The notes beneath the pieces were generated by a model that did no database searches, was not told the DNA's origin, and saw only the letters and a program-made list of their open reading frames with translations. Shown piece by piece: positions 45,563 through 54,700 of a DNA stretch of 64,000 bases. How positions within the stretch are numbered: the first letter of the stretch is position 1; each line of letters begins with the position of its first letter. The position numbers and the translations under genes are program-made. This stretch comes from Bacilli bacterium. Lineage in GTDB: Bacteria > Bacillota_I > Bacilli_A > RFN20 > CAG-826. The DNA is taken from contig JAFTDF010000042.1 in the NCBI GenBank assembly GCA_017454295.1, forward strand, positions 484 through 64,483, read 5' to 3'.

Positions 45563-46614
45563 ATTTCCATCTCCCTTAAGATCTTGAATTGCAGATTGGC
45601 TTGGAAGGAGCCACCCATATTGGCATTGACGCAGTCGTGGTCCCAGCCCTCTAAGTAGATGCTGATTTGCAGCGGCTTCGGTTGGTTCCGGTGGCAGGCG
45701 ACGTAGAAGGGGTTCACCTGGATGTCGTTGCTGCCTAGTTCGTCGAAGGTATAGGCGGTTTCTTGTTTGATCACGAGTCCCTTCTTAGTGGAAGCCTCTA
45801 AGTCAAAGGGGTGCGTCCCATAGGAATGCCCGGCATTGAAGGAGGTGAGTTCGCCATCGGCTTCGGTGGCCACCTCGAGGCGTTCCCCATGGACGATGGC
45901 GTCGTAATCGTTATATTCGCCATAGAGGATTTCCTTTTGGAATCCCGTTCCGCCTTCCATGTAGATGTCATAGAAGCCATCGCGGTCGTTATCGAGGACC
46001 CCGCCATAATAGGTGATGCCCTCGCGATGGGGATCGATGATGACATAATTGTCATCCTCAAAGTCATAAATGGAAACCCGAATCGCCTTCTCCAAGGTGT
46101 TAAGCCGTTCGACCCGTTCCTCATAGGTGTAGGTCGATAGCATGTTCCTCGCGGTGATCATGTTCGCTTCCACGTAGGCGCGCACGAAACAAAAAGCGGG
46201 ATCGATGCCAACGTAAACGTTGTCGTCGGCGCAAAGCCATAACGTCTGCGAGTAATGGCCATAGCTGACGGCATCGGGTCCGAAGGGGATACCCTTGTCG
46301 GAAGTGATCAAATTGGCGTATTCGTAAAACTTCGGCGCGGTCTTGCCATCCCTCCAGCGGGATTCGAACATGGTCGAGACCGGGGCGAAGCGCACCACTT
46401 GATCGAGTTCTTCGGCGGCGAGTTTGTCCTTCATCTTCGCCACGTCCTCGGTGGTGCCGATTTTCAAGCCTTTTTCGCCCGCCATCTCGATTTCGAGGGT
46501 GCGGACGGCCAGATTGGTCGCGTTGTTATACCAGGCCAAAGACGAGGCAAAGGATGCCCCGGATAAGGCCGTAAGGCCGATAAGGGAAGCAAGTAGCAAA
46601 CGCGATCGTTTCAT
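45559..46614 (-). CDS. Secreted TasA-like fibre-family paralogue (about 351 aa)
   Basis: The signal ...LSGASFASSLAWYNN carries the motif. C-terminal motif LQISIYLEGWDHDCVNANMGGSFQANLQFKI. ATG at 46614 is preferred over the GTG at 46626. Confidence 0.65.
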   Translation of the reverse strand: MKRSRLLLASLIGLTALSGASFASSLAWYNNATNLAVRTLEIEMAGEKGLKIGTTEDVAKMKDKLAAEELDQVVRFAPVSTMFESRWRDGKTAPKFYEYANLITSDKGIPFGPDAVSYGHYSQTLWLCADDNVYVGIDPAFCFVRAYVEANMITARNMLSTYTYEERVERLNTLEKAIRVSIYDFEDDNYVIIDPHREGITYYGGVLDNDRDGFYDIYMEGGTGFQKEILYGEYNDYDAIVHGERLEVATEADGELTSFNAGHSYGTHPFDLEASTKKGLVIKQETAYTFDELGSNDIQVNPFYVACHRNQPKPLQISIYLEGWDHDCVNANMGGSFQANLQFKILREMEI

Positions 46615-46615
46615 A

Positions 46616-47782
46616 CTAGAGGGCACGGTTGATCTGGAATTGGAGCCCTAGATTGAATTGGTGGCTGATCTCGTCATCGATGACGGCATGGTCCCAACCT
46701 TCGAGATAAACGGACATCGTCAGGTGGGCCAAAGCGGCATCGTCGTTAGCGGTCACGCATAAAGGCGTACCACCGGTGAGGTAGCCGGCCCCGTTATCGG
46801 TCGGGGCAATGGATTTGAGCGTCTCGTAATGGGCCAGTTCAGGCGTGACAAACGAGGCAAAATCGGACGTGGTATAACCATCGACGCCTTCTTTGTGTTT
46901 GCCATAGAAGGTGGAGGCGTTGGTGCGTCCGGGGTTGACGTAATAATCATTGACGTCATCTAGTCCGGTATCGGCGCCGAAATGCGTCAAATGATTGGCG
47001 GGGTTATTATCGGGGTGAGCCGCCGTCTTGGCATAACGGCCATAGACGATCTCTTCGGAGGCATCGTAGTCATAGAACCCGTCGTTATTCAAATCGAGCA
47101 GGCCCGCGACCTTGGTGTCGCCGGCGAGGGCTTCTTTCCCGACCCCGGGATTGAGGATTAATTTGGTGGCCCCATCGAAATGGAGGCGTAAGGCCCGATA
47201 GATTTGGTGGGAGGCATCCCCGCCGGTGGTGGCGAGGGCGTCGGTGATCCAGATGTTCTCGTTCTTGGCGTAGATGTTGCCCGTGGCACCGGTATGGATG
47301 ACGCGGAAGACGAAGTCGATTTTGCAATAGGCCGTCTTGCCGGCATCGTAGATTTCGGTGCTATAAGCCATCGGGGCTTTCTTTAACGCGAGGTTATCCC
47401 CATTGGCATAGCCATAGGAAGACACCGGCGTTAATTCATTGGTCGCATACCCTTGCCGCGCTAAATAGGCTTGGATGGCGACCGAGTTGAGGCCGGAACC
47501 GGCCTTCGCCCAATAGATATCTTCTCCATTGATCTCTTCGTGGGTCAGCCCGAGGTTGACGACATGGTGTTGGGCGTCGATCACGTCTTGGGTGAAGTCC
47601 ACATCGGAAACGAGTCCGATCTGAAGCTGTTCCGACTGCGCGACAGAGGTGCCTTGATAAGACATCGTGACACGGGTGGACGAGGCATACCACGCGACCG
47701 TACCGGAGATGGCTCCGGCGAAAGAGGCAGTCAACGCTAAAACCATCGCAGCTGAGAAGATATGAGCTTTTCTTAGTTTCAT
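46616..47782 (-). CDS. Secreted TasA-like fibre-family paralogue (388 aa)
   Basis: Signal ...SFAGAISGTVAWYASS. C-terminal motif LTMSVYLEGWDHAVIDDEISHQFNLGLQFQI. Confidence 0.65.
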   Translation of the reverse strand: MKLRKAHIFSAAMVLALTASFAGAISGTVAWYASSTRVTMSYQGTSVAQSEQLQIGLVSDVDFTQDVIDAQHHVVNLGLTHEEINGEDIYWAKAGSGLNSVAIQAYLARQGYATNELTPVSSYGYANGDNLALKKAPMAYSTEIYDAGKTAYCKIDFVFRVIHTGATGNIYAKNENIWITDALATTGGDASHQIYRALRLHFDGATKLILNPGVGKEALAGDTKVAGLLDLNNDGFYDYDASEEIVYGRYAKTAAHPDNNPANHLTHFGADTGLDDVNDYYVNPGRTNASTFYGKHKEGVDGYTTSDFASFVTPELAHYETLKSIAPTDNGAGYLTGGTPLCVTANDDAALAHLTMSVYLEGWDHAVIDDEISHQFNLGLQFQINRAL

Positions 47783-47829
47783 AGGATGACCCCCTTTCTT
47801 CTAATTAAATTTCGTCGCCATCAGGGTGC

Positions 47830-47863
47830 GGGCAAAGTCGCATGAGTCGGTACGGCTTTGCCC
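47830..47863 (-). promoter_or_regulatory. Stable intercistronic hairpin after the putative major subunit gene
   Basis: GGGCAAAG-N18-CTTTGCCC (8 bp GC-rich stem) in the 137 nt gap. No U tract. Confidence 0.5.
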
Positions 47864-47919
47864 GATCCAATGGTTAGAAATAAACGTGTTTTGTGGTTGT
47901 TTTGGAGATAAACGAGAGA

Positions 47920-48978
47920 TTATTCAGCGTCGGTATGGGCTTCAGCGGTGAAGCGGATACCAACGTTGAACTTGGCACCAACGGTCTTGGTTTCGTCCCA
48001 AATGGACTTAACATCAACGGTGTCGGAACCAGAAGTCGCAGTTTTGGTGCTGAGTTCGGTCCAGCCTTCAAGATAAATCTTGAGGTTCACATAGAGGTTC
48101 TTGGTGGCGGAAGTGGAACCGATTTCCTTGCCCACGATAGCGGTCGCGGTGGAATCGTCGGCGACACCGACGACGTTGCTGGTGACTTTGGTGTTGGCAG
48201 TCGCAACAGCGGTCTTCTCGTTGACGCCATAGAGCACATCGGCACGGCCAGTGCTAAAGTCATAACCTTCAGTTTGATCGATGATACCGTCGTTGTTGAG
48301 GTCGAGCTTGCCATACACCTTGACGGGGTCGGCGCTCTTGGCAAAAGTGGCGTAGTCGGCAAAGACGGGATTGCCGGAATCGGGGGCCGTAACGGCGGAA
48401 ACGCCAACTCGAAGAGCGGAGGAGACATCAATTTTGCCAGAGGGGTTGTCGGTGGCGGCCTGAAGCGTCACGTCAGAGACGTAGATCTTCTTCGCAAGAT
48501 AAGAATCGGTGTCCGCACCAGTCACGTCTTTTACACGAATTTCAAGAGGAATCACAATGTAATCGACTTCGGCGCTAGCTTCTCCCCAAGAAGTCATCTC
48601 GGCGTATTGATAAATCGGGTTCTTGTAGAGCGTAGCGGCAACTGCACCAGCGGCAAGTTCGCCGGAGGTAACCGGGCGAAGTTCGTTGGTAGCAGCGGTA
48701 CGGTTGGCGCCGCCATTAGCGGTGGTCGCGGCCAAATAAGTGGCAATGTCGGTAGAGGTTAAATCCTGCTTCCATTCGCCAAAGCCATCGGTTTTGGTGG
48801 AGCGGATACGGATTTGGATGCTTTCAGAGCAGTGAGCAGAGGCACCAGAATAGGCGACGGTGCTACGGGTGGAGTATTGATACCAAGCAACGGTACCGGA
48901 GATGGAACCAGCGATGGCGGCACCCATGGCGATGGCCATAGAAGCGATCGTGGCTTTCTTTAAGGTGTTAGTTTTCAT
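47920..48978 (-). CDS. Secreted TasA-like fibre-family paralogue, putative major subunit (352 aa)
   Basis: Signal ...GAAIAGSISGTVAWYQYS. C-terminal motif LYVNLKIYLEGWTEL...GAKFNVGIRFTAE. Codon usage (GGT/ACC/GCT/CGT rich) looks biased towards high expression. Followed by a hairpin. Confidence 0.65.
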   Translation of the reverse strand: MKTNTLKKATIASMAIAMGAAIAGSISGTVAWYQYSTRSTVAYSGASAHCSESIQIRIRSTKTDGFGEWKQDLTSTDIATYLAATTANGGANRTAATNELRPVTSGELAAGAVAATLYKNPIYQYAEMTSWGEASAEVDYIVIPLEIRVKDVTGADTDSYLAKKIYVSDVTLQAATDNPSGKIDVSSALRVGVSAVTAPDSGNPVFADYATFAKSADPVKVYGKLDLNNDGIIDQTEGYDFSTGRADVLYGVNEKTAVATANTKVTSNVVGVADDSTATAIVGKEIGSTSATKNLYVNLKIYLEGWTELSTKTATSGSDTVDVKSIWDETKTVGAKFNVGIRFTAEAHTDAE

Positions 48979-49789
48979 AAGCGTTTATTTCAACTCCTAA
49001 TTTGATTGTGGCTCCAACAGGAGGAGTCATGTCGTCTCTGGATTGACGGTCTTCACCTTCAAGCCAGGCGACGAGGGTGTACCTGCGGATGTCGTCTGCG
49101 CGGAACCCGGGCACAGTGTAACGGGCTACGGTCTCGCCGGAGAGGAAGAGCTCCGCTAAAGGGTGGTCCTCGTCTTCGGTCCGATCATAAGAAGCCTCGG
49201 CAATGAACTCGCGACGGGTTCTGGTCCCGTCGGGGAGGTAATTGTATTCGGCGGCTTCTTTGGCGTAGACCTTGTAATTGTGCTCGGTACTGTTGGCCTC
49301 GTTATCGAAGATCATGACCCTGAGGGTGTCATCGAGCTTCCGCTCGGTGCCATCATCGGTGGGTTTGCTCTCCGTGATGTTAAACGAGATGTCGTACTTC
49401 GCGGTCTTCTTACCGACGTTTTTCACGTAGAACGTATATTTGAAATAATTCAAAGTCGTCCAGGCGTTCTTATCGTCGTAATTGGCCCCGAGGGTATAAG
49501 GGGAATCCTCGTTATCCAAAACCTCTCCAGAGGGAAGGGCATGGAACGTGGTCTCCTCATACGGTCGTAAATCGTCGATACGAAGGAGCGACTCTGGTTT
49601 TTCAAACGAAGCCTTTTCGCTTAGCGACAACCCCACTTCACCGTTATTGACGGAGACCGTGAATGTCCCAACGAATCGGCCAAGGAAAGCAATGATGCTT
49701 AAAGACACCAGCCCCGACGTGGAGGCACCCACGACGATCCAGGCGGCGATCTTCCTTTTCCGTTTTCTCACTAAGTCAAGTTCGTACAT
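48968..49789 (-). CDS. Membrane-anchored TasA-like family member with a degenerate signal motif (273 aa)
   Basis: The TM is followed by GRFVGTFTVSV, compared with GGTFAWF in its paralogues. It shares the C-terminal motif YTLVAWLEGEDRQ...ATIKLGVEINAYE. First gene after riboswitch copy 3. Confidence 0.6.
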   Translation of the reverse strand: MYELDLVRKRKRKIAAWIVVGASTSGLVSLSIIAFLGRFVGTFTVSVNNGEVGLSLSEKASFEKPESLLRIDDLRPYEETTFHALPSGEVLDNEDSPYTLGANYDDKNAWTTLNYFKYTFYVKNVGKKTAKYDISFNITESKPTDDGTERKLDDTLRVMIFDNEANSTEHNYKVYAKEAAEYNYLPDGTRTRREFIAEASYDRTEDEDHPLAELFLSGETVARYTVPGFRADDIRRYTLVAWLEGEDRQSRDDMTPPVGATIKLGVEINAYEN

Positions 49790-49829
49790 AAACGATCGTG
49801 CTTCGGTACAGAAAGCACTATGTGTCCCA

Positions 49830-49966
49830 ATGGGAGAAATAAATACCAGTTGCCTATCATCCAGTGTGATCTGGTGGGTATTTCTCCCTAAGGCAACTGG
49901 CTATCTAGTGAACTAGACCCTGTAGTTTTGCGTCACCGCATCGCTGCGGTTTTGCTTTTGACTCGC
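49830..49966 (-). promoter_or_regulatory. c-di-GMP-I (GEMM-I)-like riboswitch, copy 3, with a terminator-type expression platform
   Basis: The minus strand reads GTCAAAAGCAAAACC-GCA-GCGA-TGC-GGTGACGCAAAAC-TACAGGGTCTAG-TTCA-CTAGATAGCCAGTTGCC. CCAGTTGCCT then re-pairs with AGGCAACTGG (49855-49846), followed by TATTTATTTCT. Confidence 0.8.
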
Positions 49967-49970
49967 CCGT

Positions 49971-49999
49971 AATATAGCGAATTGAAAAATATTTTGCAA
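49971..49999 (-). promoter_or_regulatory. Sigma-70/SigA-type promoter of the 14 kb fibre operon
   Basis: The minus strand reads TTGCAA-N17-TATATT, 5-10 nt upstream of the aptamer. Confidence 0.65.
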
Positions 50000-50027
50000 C
50001 ACTGAAACTCCCCCCATAGTTTCTATG

Positions 50028-50058
50028 CAAAAATGAAAACACCCCACTAGGGGGTGCT
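50028..50058 (-). terminator. Rho-independent terminator after the 127-aa membrane protein gene
   Basis: The minus strand reads CACCCCCTAGTGGGGTG followed by TTTTCATTTTT. Confidence 0.8.
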
Positions 50059-50076
50059 TCCAATTGGTTTGTTCTT

Positions 50077-50460
50077 CTACTTGTTATCGGAGTTCAGATC
50101 CTCGAGAAGTTGCTTCCGGAGGGCTTCCTTCTGCTCATCCGAGAGATCGTTGACTTTGATCGGCTCTTTCTTCGTGGATTTCCGCACATAGATGACTAAG
50201 CCGATGATATTGCCGGCCAGCAACACAAATAGCGGAATGACATAGGAGACGAGATAGACCGTGGGGTTATTTTGGAGATAACCGATATAGCCTTCGGCGG
50301 TAATGATCTCGGCCGCGGTTTTACCAACGGTGTTGGCCAACATAATAATGTTGAATACGGCCAGCCCCAAAGTCGCGATGATATCGATGACAAGAAGGGT
50401 AATGAGCAATGGTTTTTTAGCTTTGTTCATACGGGAAACTACCGATTTTTCGGCTTTCAT
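50077..50460 (-). CDS. Small membrane protein (about 3 TM) with a charged C-terminal tail
   Basis: Hydrophobic segments. Co-directional, 50 nt downstream of the 320-aa fibre-family gene. Confidence 0.55.
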   Translation of the reverse strand: MKAEKSVVSRMNKAKKPLLITLLVIDIIATLGLAVFNIIMLANTVGKTAAEIITAEGYIGYLQNNPTVYLVSYVIPLFVLLAGNIIGLVIYVRKSTKKEPIKVNDLSDEQKEALRKQLLEDLNSDNK

Positions 50461-50510
50461 AAGTTTATAACCGAATAACGAGAATTACAAAACGATATTT
50501 TTGATGAGGA

Positions 50511-51473
50511 TTAGGACGCCTTGTATTCACGAGTATAGAACTTCATAGTCGCAGCGACTTTGTTGAAGTGCTCGGCCGTCGAAACAATGGAAGGATCGGT
50601 GCCTTCAAACCAAACCACAACAGTGAAGGTGAGCGCAGTTTGAGTGGCATCTTCAGTGGCTTTCCCAAATTTACCTAAGCAAGTGTATTCCGCAGAATCT
50701 CCAGTAGAATAATCTGTGGTAAGCGCGGTTCCTTCGCCATGCTTCGCTTCCATAGTATTTGAAGCCATGATGGTCTTCCCGGTATAGGTTTTCCCGCCGG
50801 TATAATTGGTAGCGATAGTGTACGCTGTGGCATCGTCAACATAATGAGGCTGGTTTGCGGGGGTTGCGTCATTGGTCGCGCGTTTAGGAGCCCAAACGCG
50901 CTTGTTTGCGACGCTGTTGGCAGTGGGTGTCGCACCAACAAACGCCACGCGGAAACCTTTAATAGTGTCCTCTACGGCAGACTCTTCCTGGGCAGCAACC
51001 GCGCTGTTGGGATCGAAGAACAGCAGAGCTGCGCCTTCGGTGTTGAATTTATAGGTAAAGGTCATTTGCCAAGAAACGGCCCACCACATATCTTTGCCGG
51101 TTTCAAAGTCATCTTTCGCCTTCCAAGCGCTGGCGGCATCTCCAGAAGCCACAACTCGACGAACGCCAGAATTGTTTTCACTAGAGGCGGTATAAATTGT
51201 GCCGGCCTCATGGTCATAAGAAGCGTGAGTAAGAACATCTCCTGTGGCCATGACAAAGGTGTGACTGTCTCCGTTGTCAGTGGTGGTTCCGCCAATTGCG
51301 TTGCTCATGGTAACGGACAAGTCGCCACCCATTGGTTTGACTTCGAAAACGCTTCCCTCAACGGTTGCGGAAGTCACGGACGAGAACCAAGCAACGGTTC
51401 CACCGACGGATCCAGCAGCGGCAAGCAATAAGACGCCAAGAGCAGGGACAACGAGTAATGATTTTTTCTTCAT
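50511..51473 (-). CDS. Secreted TasA-like fibre-family paralogue (320 aa), second putative structural subunit
   Basis: Signal MKKKSLLVVPALGVLLLAAAGSVGGTVAWFSS. C-terminal motif LTFTVVVWFEGTDPSIVSTAEHFNKVAATMKFYT. Strong RBS AAGGAG. It has its own riboswitch-like leader. Confidence 0.65.
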   Translation of the reverse strand: MKKKSLLVVPALGVLLLAAAGSVGGTVAWFSSVTSATVEGSVFEVKPMGGDLSVTMSNAIGGTTTDNGDSHTFVMATGDVLTHASYDHEAGTIYTASSENNSGVRRVVASGDAASAWKAKDDFETGKDMWWAVSWQMTFTYKFNTEGAALLFFDPNSAVAAQEESAVEDTIKGFRVAFVGATPTANSVANKRVWAPKRATNDATPANQPHYVDDATAYTIATNYTGGKTYTGKTIMASNTMEAKHGEGTALTTDYSTGDSAEYTCLGKFGKATEDATQTALTFTVVVWFEGTDPSIVSTAEHFNKVAATMKFYTREYKAS

Positions 51474-51518
51474 AAATGTTTATCTCCTTAGTAGTGAGGT
51501 CCTATATAACGACAAAAG

Positions 51519-51618
51519 CCATTCATGAGGGCCTCACTGAATGGATGATAGGCGATAGAGCTTGCATTGCGCGTCGCCAGCGGGGTTTGGGACGTCCTCG
51601 CCGCTTATGCTTTGCGTA
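51519..51618 (-). promoter_or_regulatory. Divergent GEMM-I-like leader, copy 4, with a terminator hairpin
   Basis: The minus strand reads CGCAAAGCATAAGCGG...CCGCTGGCGACGCGCAATGC. This keeps the GCAAA and GGCGACGC-CAA-GC cores, but the first hairpin is long and not GNRA-capped. CCATTCA-N12-TGAATGG plus CTTTTG follows. Confidence 0.45.
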
Positions 51619-51621
51619 TAT

Positions 51622-51650
51622 AGTTTAGGCAAGATATTCGGTTTCGTCAA
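51622..51650 (-). promoter_or_regulatory. Promoter upstream of riboswitch-like leader copy 4
   Basis: The minus strand reads TTGACG-N17-TAAACT. Confidence 0.55.
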
Positions 51651-51662
51651 ATGGAAAATATA

Positions 51663-51688
51663 CAGAAAAAGAGCCGATGGCACGGCCA
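51663..51688 (-). terminator. Weak terminator-like hairpin after the LRR gene
   Basis: The minus strand reads GGCCG-TGCCAT-CGGCT followed by CTTTTTCT. The stem is short. Confidence 0.35.
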
Positions 51689-51735
51689 TTTTTCATCATT
51701 TTGCGTTTATTTTTCCTTTGAGAGATCCGCGTGAT

Positions 51736-54700
51736 TTATGCGCTAATCGCGGTGATCAAAGCGGCCTTTTGTTCAGAGGTTTTACCAACCCAAGCATCAG
51801 CGTCGGCTTTGCTGTTGCACAACAAGAACCACTTGTCAGATGCAGATCCCGTATCGAGCGTCGTCCAATAACGGGTAGAGGTGCTTCCCTTCAAAAGATC
51901 CTCGGAAACGCTGAAGGGGAAATAGGCCGTGTTCTGATCGATGAATGCTCCATTGGGATAGCGTTTGACGTTGTCGCCGGTCCGAGACCCGTTTTCGCAA
52001 GCAATATCGGCCTTTTGGCCCACCAAAATCGCAGAGCCGTTATTCAAGCCGGTGAACGGGCTGGTGACTTTTGGTTTCTTATTACTTTCGGTAACGCCCT
52101 GCATATCGTCTTTAATGCCTGACTCCGGCAGCAAATCGGGGTCACACCCAACATAAAGGGAATCCGAGTTCGGAAGGTGAATGTATTGAATCGCTTTGCA
52201 ATTCTTAAAAGCGGATTGACCGATGGAACGAAGCGAGGTGCAGCCGGACAAATCCAAGATCCCCGTTGTCTTTTCACGAGCATTCGCATCAAAAGGCACC
52301 AAGGCCGTTTTGTCGCCGTTCCACTTGAAATAAGAGTACGCGGCCCCGCCGGTCAAATTGGCGAGCTTCGGACATTCCTCAAAGGCCCCAAATCCTATTT
52401 TTTCAATATGCGTCATACGCGTGAAGTCGACGGTAGTGAGATTCGGGTTTTTGCGAACCGCACCAAGGGAAGTTCCATAATTCGCATATTTCTCCCAATT
52501 GTCCTTTCCGGTGTTGCCGGCGCGTTGAATCACATCAAAGCGGCTCGACTCAATCAATCCGCTATAGTCGCTTGCATACCCAGAGCCAATAAATCGAATT
52601 TGGGAATTGACCGGGATCTCGATTTCGGTAAGCGCAGCATTGTGGCTCATCGCAGACCCATAAATGGTGCTGACGGTGGCTGGGATACTGATTTTCGTAT
52701 AAGCGGTATTCGCCAAAGCGTGAGGGGCAATCGCTGCCGTTCCGGAAGTCACTGCACAAGTACCGGTGGAATTCGCCGTTTGGGAAAGCAAGGTTTCTTT
52801 TCCGGAACCAGTGTAATAAATGCCGTCGTCTTGCAAAGCAAAGGAATTGGTATTGGTGGCTAGAGAAACGTCGTCAATCAGGGCAGAGGCATTGGGCATG
52901 ACGGAAAAGGCACCGGTTCCTAAGAACGCCACGTCGCCTTCAATATCCAAGGCGGCGAAACGGTTGTTAAAGAACGCCAGGGCCTCAATCCTCGTCACGG
53001 AGTTTGGCAAAACGCAATACCCGCTCTTGCCCGCTACGCTGACTGGAGTGTCATTATTGTCTTTGTAGGTGACGAATTGTACGCCGCTTGTGTTCGTCGT
53101 TCCGGTGTTATGGCGGAAGAAAGCCCGTTCGCCGATGGTGGTCACCGACGTCGGCAAAATCACGGTATTGCCAGGAATTGGCTCGCCCGCAGCCTGTCCA
53201 AAGCATCCGGAACCGATTTCGATGATTTTCGGGTTTAACGTGGTATTTAACGTCAGATCAACGATGCTTTGGTCCGACACGCAATAGCATCTGGTCGCGA
53301 TGTAGTTATTGCCGCTTTTCACAAACGCCACCGTATTATGAGAGTCGTTGATTGAGGTGTTAAGGGAATTGTCCGTCAAATCAAGATATTCCACTCCATT
53401 GGTCCAAGTAATCACGTCGCCGGTGTCATCGCACGACACCCCATAATAAGTAGGGATGGTCCGCCGCAAAGAGGCAAGGGAGGCACTCGAAGTAGAACCA
53501 AATTGATCCCGATAGCATTCCGAAGGATCGGCGTTCCACCAACGGCCCACCCCGGTCTCTTGGTTGCTAGAGTGAATGCTGCTTTGGGCTTTATCGACAT
53601 AGATAACCGCGTCAGGGTATGAGAACTGCTCCGCCGCGTTTGTGGAATAATTCCCGAAAATCGGAGCCCCAAAAGTTCCACTGCCGTTATTGTTGCCCCA
53701 TAGGGTGTATTTTTGGTCGACTCCGCTGACCAAAGAAGATACATAGAAGAACAGTTCTCGGATTGCCACGCATCCCTTGAAACAATTTTGCCCGACATAG
53801 CAGAAGTTTTTGTTCGAGACGAAGCGAAGCAAAGACTTGCAGTTTTCGAACGTCGACATGCCGAAGGAGGAACGGGGCTTTGTGCCGGTGGAAACGTTTT
53901 TATTCCAAACTTGAACGGATCTTAAGCAATTCGCTCCTTTGAAGGCATAAGGCAAAACCGGGCTGGTCCAGGTCTCATAAGTCTCTTCCGGGCGTTTGTT
54001 TCCATCGAGGTTCGTCGGCTTCATGTTACCGCAAGTGTTTTCATGAAGACGGGGGGAAATATATAAATCAACCTCACCCGTTCCTTTGCCGGTTCCATCG
54101 CCGTTTTCGGTGCAGTTATAACCCAAATTCGCAAAGGCATAGCGGCCGATAAAAACGGTTTGCAGGTCACCCGGGCTATCGGAATCGTTGGCCATAAAAG
54201 AAAACTCGCTGACCGCCCGGAAATCGTAGAAAGAGTAGGCGCCGATATATTTCAGACATTTCGGGAGCCGCAATGAGGTCAAAAGGGTATTGGGGACCGA
54301 CCCCGTTTTCCCTTGGAACACTTCATAACTGACTTCGAGCAAACTCGTGCAACTAGAGAAATTCAATGCAGAGATGTTTAGGCAATTATAAAAGGCACGG
54401 TTCCTGATTTGGACGAGTCCGGAATTAAAAGTGACGCTTCGAATATCCTCGTTGGCGGCAAAAGAGTTGGAGTCTAAAACCTTGACGGTCCGATTCGTTC
54501 CGTTCGAATCTTTGAGTTGGTTGGGAATCGTTAGGGCGCCGCTTGCCACATCATAATATCCGGGAATTGTGCGGTTCGGTGTTTCGAACTTAAAGATTTT
54601 GGCATACGTTCCAGGGTTGTTTTGTATGGTTTTGGAACCAGCCGCAGTGCCTGTCGTCGCTTGGTCGAATGGAATGTTCGCGGTTTCGATGGTGTAATAC

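Noticed and set aside
45559-51473. Interpreting the N-terminal AW[FY] motifs as type IV pilin (class III) signals
   Set aside because: Type IV prepilins have a short basic leader, then G followed by F/M-T-L-x-E and a hydrophobic helix. Here the motif lies at the C-terminal end of a normal hydrophobic signal, with no conserved Glu+5. No prepilin peptidase or PilB/PilC genes are present, whereas a SipW-type peptidase is.
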